The notes beneath the pieces were generated by a model. It was not told where the DNA came from, made no database searches, and saw only the letters and a list, made by a program, of their open reading frames with translations. Of a stretch of 64,000 nucleotides of DNA, positions 58,800 through 64,000 are shown one piece after another; within the stretch, counting starts at the first letter, position 1, and every line of letters begins with the position of its first letter. Both the position numbers and the translations under genes were made by a program. The DNA is from Octopus vulgaris (taxonomy: Eukaryota). The stretch spans positions 40,362,001 to 40,426,000 of the forward strand of contig OX597823.1 of the NCBI GenBank assembly GCA_951406725.2, given 5' to 3'.

Positions 58800-60664
58800 C
58801 CAGATCTGGAGGGAGCTGTGAAAGCAGATAACTTCAGCCGAAATTCAGGATGCCCTTGTCGGCTGCTCGAGGCGAAAGTCACCCGATTTAGATGGTCTGC
58901 CCTACTAGCTTTACGTAAATATACCAGACTTGTTCGTTCTCCGATCTTCTCGACGCGCTCTACTGCAACTGGAAGCAGAATAGGAGTATTTCCAGTTCTG
59001 TGAGCCGGGGCGTAGTGACGCTGATGAAGAAAAACAACAACAAGAGGGATACATTAGATAACTTCAGGCTCTGCTTAATACAGAGCTTAATATTTTGGAT
59101 GTGTTAGCAAAGAGGTTTGCGCTTATCATCGAGGATTGGTAGGGGAAGCGGAAATCTGCGCAATCTCGACCAGGTCCATACACGACAACCTCCACCTCAT
59201 GCGATATATCATGGAGAGTGTAGGGTGTAAATCTGGCTTCGGTGGGGTGCAGATCAATTTATAGCATTTGATAGGGTCAACCATCGGTATTTGGAGGCTG
59301 TCCTCAAAGCGGCTGATTTCGGTTCCCTCTTCAGAGGCTGGATCTCTGCAATGCACAACGGCATCTGCTCGGTGGTCAAAGTTAATGACCACCTCTCGGA
59401 ACCGTTTCAGATCTTCCCATAAGTCCGTCAAGGATGCCCTCTCTCCTCCCTTCTGCACGTATCGACACTTTGGTGTGCCTGACAGTCGTGCCTTGCTCCA
59501 GTTCGCGCCTCGCCAAGCTGGAGTGCTTCCTTTTCAAATTCTTGTGGAGAGGACTGGTTCTAGTAGTGAGGCGGTCTATCTGCTGCCAATACCCGGAGGG
59601 CAGGGCATGCCGTGGCTAATGATGCGCTTAGGCTGTCACATCTCCTGATATTCTGCCTAAAAGGTGAACAGGTGTGGTCACCGTCTGTCAAACAGGCCTT
59701 TCCATAGCCCGTCTCCTTGACTGAGCTGCAGTCCTGGATCAAGAAGAGACCGAGATAGGGTGACTGGCTTCTGGAATATTGCCAGACATTCACTGCCCTC
59801 TACCAGTCTGGCAATGTGATCAGTGGAACATCCAATCTTGAGTTCTATAGAGGGTTAGTGGAGGGAAAGGGTGATGACCCACTCGGAGAGGCGCTAGGTG
59901 TCAACGAAGTCGAACTGACCAGTCTGTTCAGGAGAATTTTCAAGCTGGGGATGATGGATAACTTCCAGAAATTTCTAGCTTTGCAGTGCTACCGGGGGAG
60001 GGGCACTGTCGGTTCGAGATAAAATCTACAAGCACGGAAGTGCTGTCAGACCTACCTACCCGAGATGCGCGCAGAGCGACGAAATCATTCGGCACGCACG
60101 CGTCCAGTGTCTGTGCATTACTGACTTGTAAAGTTATGTTGAACAGCTTTTATCACGTGTATGACGGAAGAGCAGGCAATTTTCCTCTGTCTGACAGCAG
60201 TAGCGAAAGAAGTTGTATGGTGGACCAGGTTGAAAGGACTGAAGGTAGACACTTTTCTCTTCAGCCATTCCCTCATCAACTTTTCCAAATTTCACTTAGA
60301 AAAGAATATGAGGGTGGAGAGCAAAATGCTGCTCCTCAGTACATTTGCTAAAAGGTGAGTGAATGTAGCGAAAACGGCCCGTGTGAGTGGGCCTACTCTA
60401 ATAATGCGCCCGTAGGCTAGTGAATTTGAGAGGAAGAAGGGTGTCCTTCCCGGATGCTCTCGAAGCGTCGAGTGGTTCAGCATTGGTGGGGTATCTGAGC
60501 CAACCCCAGGTGGTAACCCCCTAGTGGGGAACTTTCATTGTTGTATTTTTCTTGTTTGGTATCATTGTTATGGTTTTAATTGTGTACTTGTTTTGCATAA
60601 AATCCCCACTGTTCACATCTACCGTAATGTCCTCTATATGTCGGCCCTGGTGGCCAATAAAGGA

Positions 60665-60668
<4 letters not shown>
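58800..60668 (+). mobile_element. Tx1/L1-clade LINE, 5'-truncated and internally deleted
   Basis: RGVVTLMKK..DNFR, RSIHDNLHLMRY, AFDRVNHRYLEAVLK, VRQGCPLS, VRDKIYKHG..PRCAQSDEIIRHARVQC; 3' end runs into (TAA)n. Confidence 0.88.
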
Positions 60669-60752
<84 letters not shown>

Positions 60753-60753
60753 A

Positions 60754-60854
<101 letters not shown>

Positions 60855-63711
60855 AACGTCTGCCAATTTCTGATAGTGATACACATTATCATTGAACTTC
60901 GTCTAAGCTTTCACAAACGTCTCCAGTTAAAACCAAAAATCAACAAACAGGAATGTCAAAGCATCTCAAGAAGTAAATAATATCTCTTGTTATTTAAAAA
61001 ATTTTTTTCCCACTTCCAAGCAGATACAAGCAGAGTAATAGCGATGCATGCAGTGATAGCGTACCATAACATGTTAACAAGCCGGGGGAGATATTGAATA
61101 CGTTATTTGAACCTCCACGGTACGCAACCAACCCGGAAATGAAAACTGGAAGATATTATTAAAGGAACATGACATCTAGTGAGGTGTGTATAAAGAATGT
61201 GTATAAATGTGTAAATGAGTGTGTGTATGTATGTGGAAAATGTTCATTTTGTTTTCTTCTATTTGTTTTAGTCATTGGACTGCGGCCATGCTAGGGTACC
61301 ACAAAACGACTACAGTTCGTATTTTTATTTGAGTCTGGTACTGATTCTATCGCTTACATTCACTAAACCGCCAAGTTATAGGGACGTAGAAAACGAAAAC
61401 CGGTTGTTAGTCAGTAGTGAAGTGAGTGACAAACATAGATCTAAAATACATACACACACGTCCATACACGTACACACACGTGTACACATACACATACACA
61501 CACACACGCGCACACACACATGCAAACACCCACCCACACTCACACACACGCACGCACACTATAGATTTCCACACAGTTTCCATCTTCCCTTATTCAGTGA
61601 CAAGGCATTGTGCAACACGGGGCTATTGGTGCCGAGCCGTGAGACTGAACCAGAAACCTTGTGGTTGCAAATCAAGTTTCTTAATCATACAGACATGTCT
61701 ATTAGTCATTTTACCGACGCGCTTTTGAAAATAACTGTGGTAACGTGACTCTCTTCAAATCCAAGGCGATATAAGTGACTGATAAAAACTTGTGTTTCAT
61801 CACAAGGTTTCGATGGAAGAAAGGACGACTGAATCCACATGATTCATCATTAAACTATACCAGCACGATACAGAGAAGGCATTGCCGAAGAATGAGTTGG
61901 CAAGAGATATTGTTATATTGGTCACAGCATCGTTAACAGACAACTACAACTTTAATTAGACATTACAAGCAAGGGTCCTGGCTTGTTTGGGTTTATAACA
62001 AACTGAAAGTGATATGCCAGTAATTATGAAATATGTTAGCCACCCTCCACTCTTTTGACATTAATCTCTTCCGAATTTTGTTTCTGATTACAGAAAGTTA
62101 TGTCTAATGCTTAAAGGAATATTGAAGATAAAACAAAATATTAAAGCTTTTATTTTAAAGATCTTCTTTAAACAATATTTCCAGCTTCAAAGTTAAAACG
62201 CCCAGGTTATATTCTCAGCTTACTTTTGATTAGTCAGTATATCGATTGACCATCAGAAAATGATGCATTTCAAAGTTCAAAGCAACGAAAATAATAATTT
62301 TCTGTGGATGTTGTATTTTACCGAACTTCTAAACGTCTGGTTTTGACAAGATGGAAAAAATCTTCGGAAGCCGACTGTATATTCCTTTCCAGAGTTCTTG
62401 CTGCTGTTGTTGCTTATCCCAAGGCCTGTCCTGGTTTTGTTGATCTGTAATCAAAGCCGTTCCAGCCGTGAACATTTGATTCCATCTATTTATGTTTTTA
62501 TCTAGACATGGTGTATCAATGAACTACATTATCCTATGCATATTTCCCTATTTATAAGAACCAAGGGTGTGATATGATTGACATATAGCTGTTTTTTCCT
62601 ACCAGGTCGAGTGACCCAGTGCATGCTTTAGCTTTGGTTCATTTTTGGCATCTATTGTACCGATCAACAAATTCAGTATTAACTTCCCCAAATTTGTGCA
62701 TTTCTCTCTTCATTCTTGGCGCTGTGTGCTTCACACTAAATCACACTGTGTCAACACAGCGATTTAAACACTGAACAAACTGAGTTAATAAATAAGAGAA
62801 AAAAGAATCGATTGGAAGTTAAAAACGTAATGCTATGAAGGAATAGGTGTTAATAGGAATTAATATATTTCATGCAAGCTAGTTTGAGTTGGAGGCCAAA
62901 AGGGGGAAAATGTATAAAAAAAAGACTATGATAAATATATAGACAAATAAATAACGCGAAGTTATTAAATAAAATGTTGAAGATATTTATTCATGTATCA
63001 AAAATTTTAAAACCAAAGGTAATTGACATCCCAGTGAGTTAAGATGTTATTTTGCAAATGTCATTAATTTAAAAAAATTCTAATTATAGGGCAATTGAAG
63101 AACAAACTTTAATTGACATGTAGCAGTTTTAAACGTGTTTTAATTAGAAAAATAATATGTGGAAAGGAATGAATCGAAGCGAAGCGAAATCACCGTTTTG
63201 AGCAAAGAAATAACGAAATTGCGAGAAAACTGTATATTCAAGGAAAGTGAGCGATTTGATATTAAAAGAAAATATAAAAATCAAAGAGTTAAATGGCCCC
63301 CACACCCGCAATTATCGAAAAATTCTCTTGATGCCTCAAATGAACAAAAACATTTGGTATGTGTATAGGTCGGCGAGGCGGCAGAACCAATAGCACCACA
63401 GACAAAATGCTTGGTGGCATTACGTCTTTCTTTTCGTTTCAAGTTCGAATTCCGCCGAGGTTGACTTTGTCTTTCATCTATTTGGGGTCGATAAAATAAG
63501 CTCTATTTGAACAATGGAGACGATGTGATTGACTTAAGTCCATCCCCCAAATTGCTGGCTTTGTGCCAAAATTAAAAAAAAATCTGTAGTATGTACACAC
63601 GCATACACACACACACACACACACACATACACACACGCACATATCTGTGTGTGTGTGAGTATAGTTAGGTAGGTACGAATATTTGTGTTTGCGTGTGTAT
63701 TTAAATATATG

Positions 63712-63931
63712 CAATAATCTCTCGATTATCGCTGGTTGTTACCTATCAAAATCCCCCGCGATAGGTGAAAATCCACGAAGTAGAAACAGTACTGTACTGT
63801 ATATTTTTTAATTATTATTATAATTTGTCTATATTTATTTTATTATGAATGCAAAACAACACTGCAGAGGAATCGACATAAGTTTAAATAATAAGCCCAC
63901 TGGTGAACCGCGATATGGTGACGGATTACTG
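63712..63931. mobile_element. pogo/Tigger-type MITE (~220 bp)
   Basis: Imperfect TIRs CAATAATCTCTCGATTATCGC and GCGATATGGTGACGGATTACTG|TA. Confidence 0.7.
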
Positions 63932-64000
63932 TAAGTGAAGTATTTAACATTATTAATAAAATTTATCTAACAACAAATTAATCATTGATAGTGGGAATCC

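Overview
AT-rich eukaryotic (animal) DNA with very dense microsatellites and transposon debris; I found no supportable host protein-coding gene, rRNA, true tRNA or CRISPR. The SINE families, microsatellite load and R4/Dong LINEs look like an octopus genome (inference, no database check). Recognisable content: two decayed mariner elements, a hAT transposase remnant, a non-autonomous Helitron, pogo-type MITEs, three or more tRNA-derived SINE families, RTE, CR1/Jockey-group and Tx1/L1 LINE fragments, three Penelope-like (PLE) remnants, and an 11-kb same-strand train of R4/Dong elements separated by (TAA)n, including a near-full-length copy. The most unusual signals are RNA-level and structural. 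(1) An intact-looking type I hammerhead ribozyme at 11648-11694 (-). (2) A short non-coding element with asymmetric inverted arms carrying minimal hammerheads, present twice; one copy encloses a 1-kb Dong endonuclease fragment that lacks its own 3' end. (3) A SINE tail resembling the 3' end of the Tx1 LINE in the same window. (4) A 339-bp inverted local copy inserted into a SINE. All translations and alignments were done by eye; boundaries of degraded elements are approximate.
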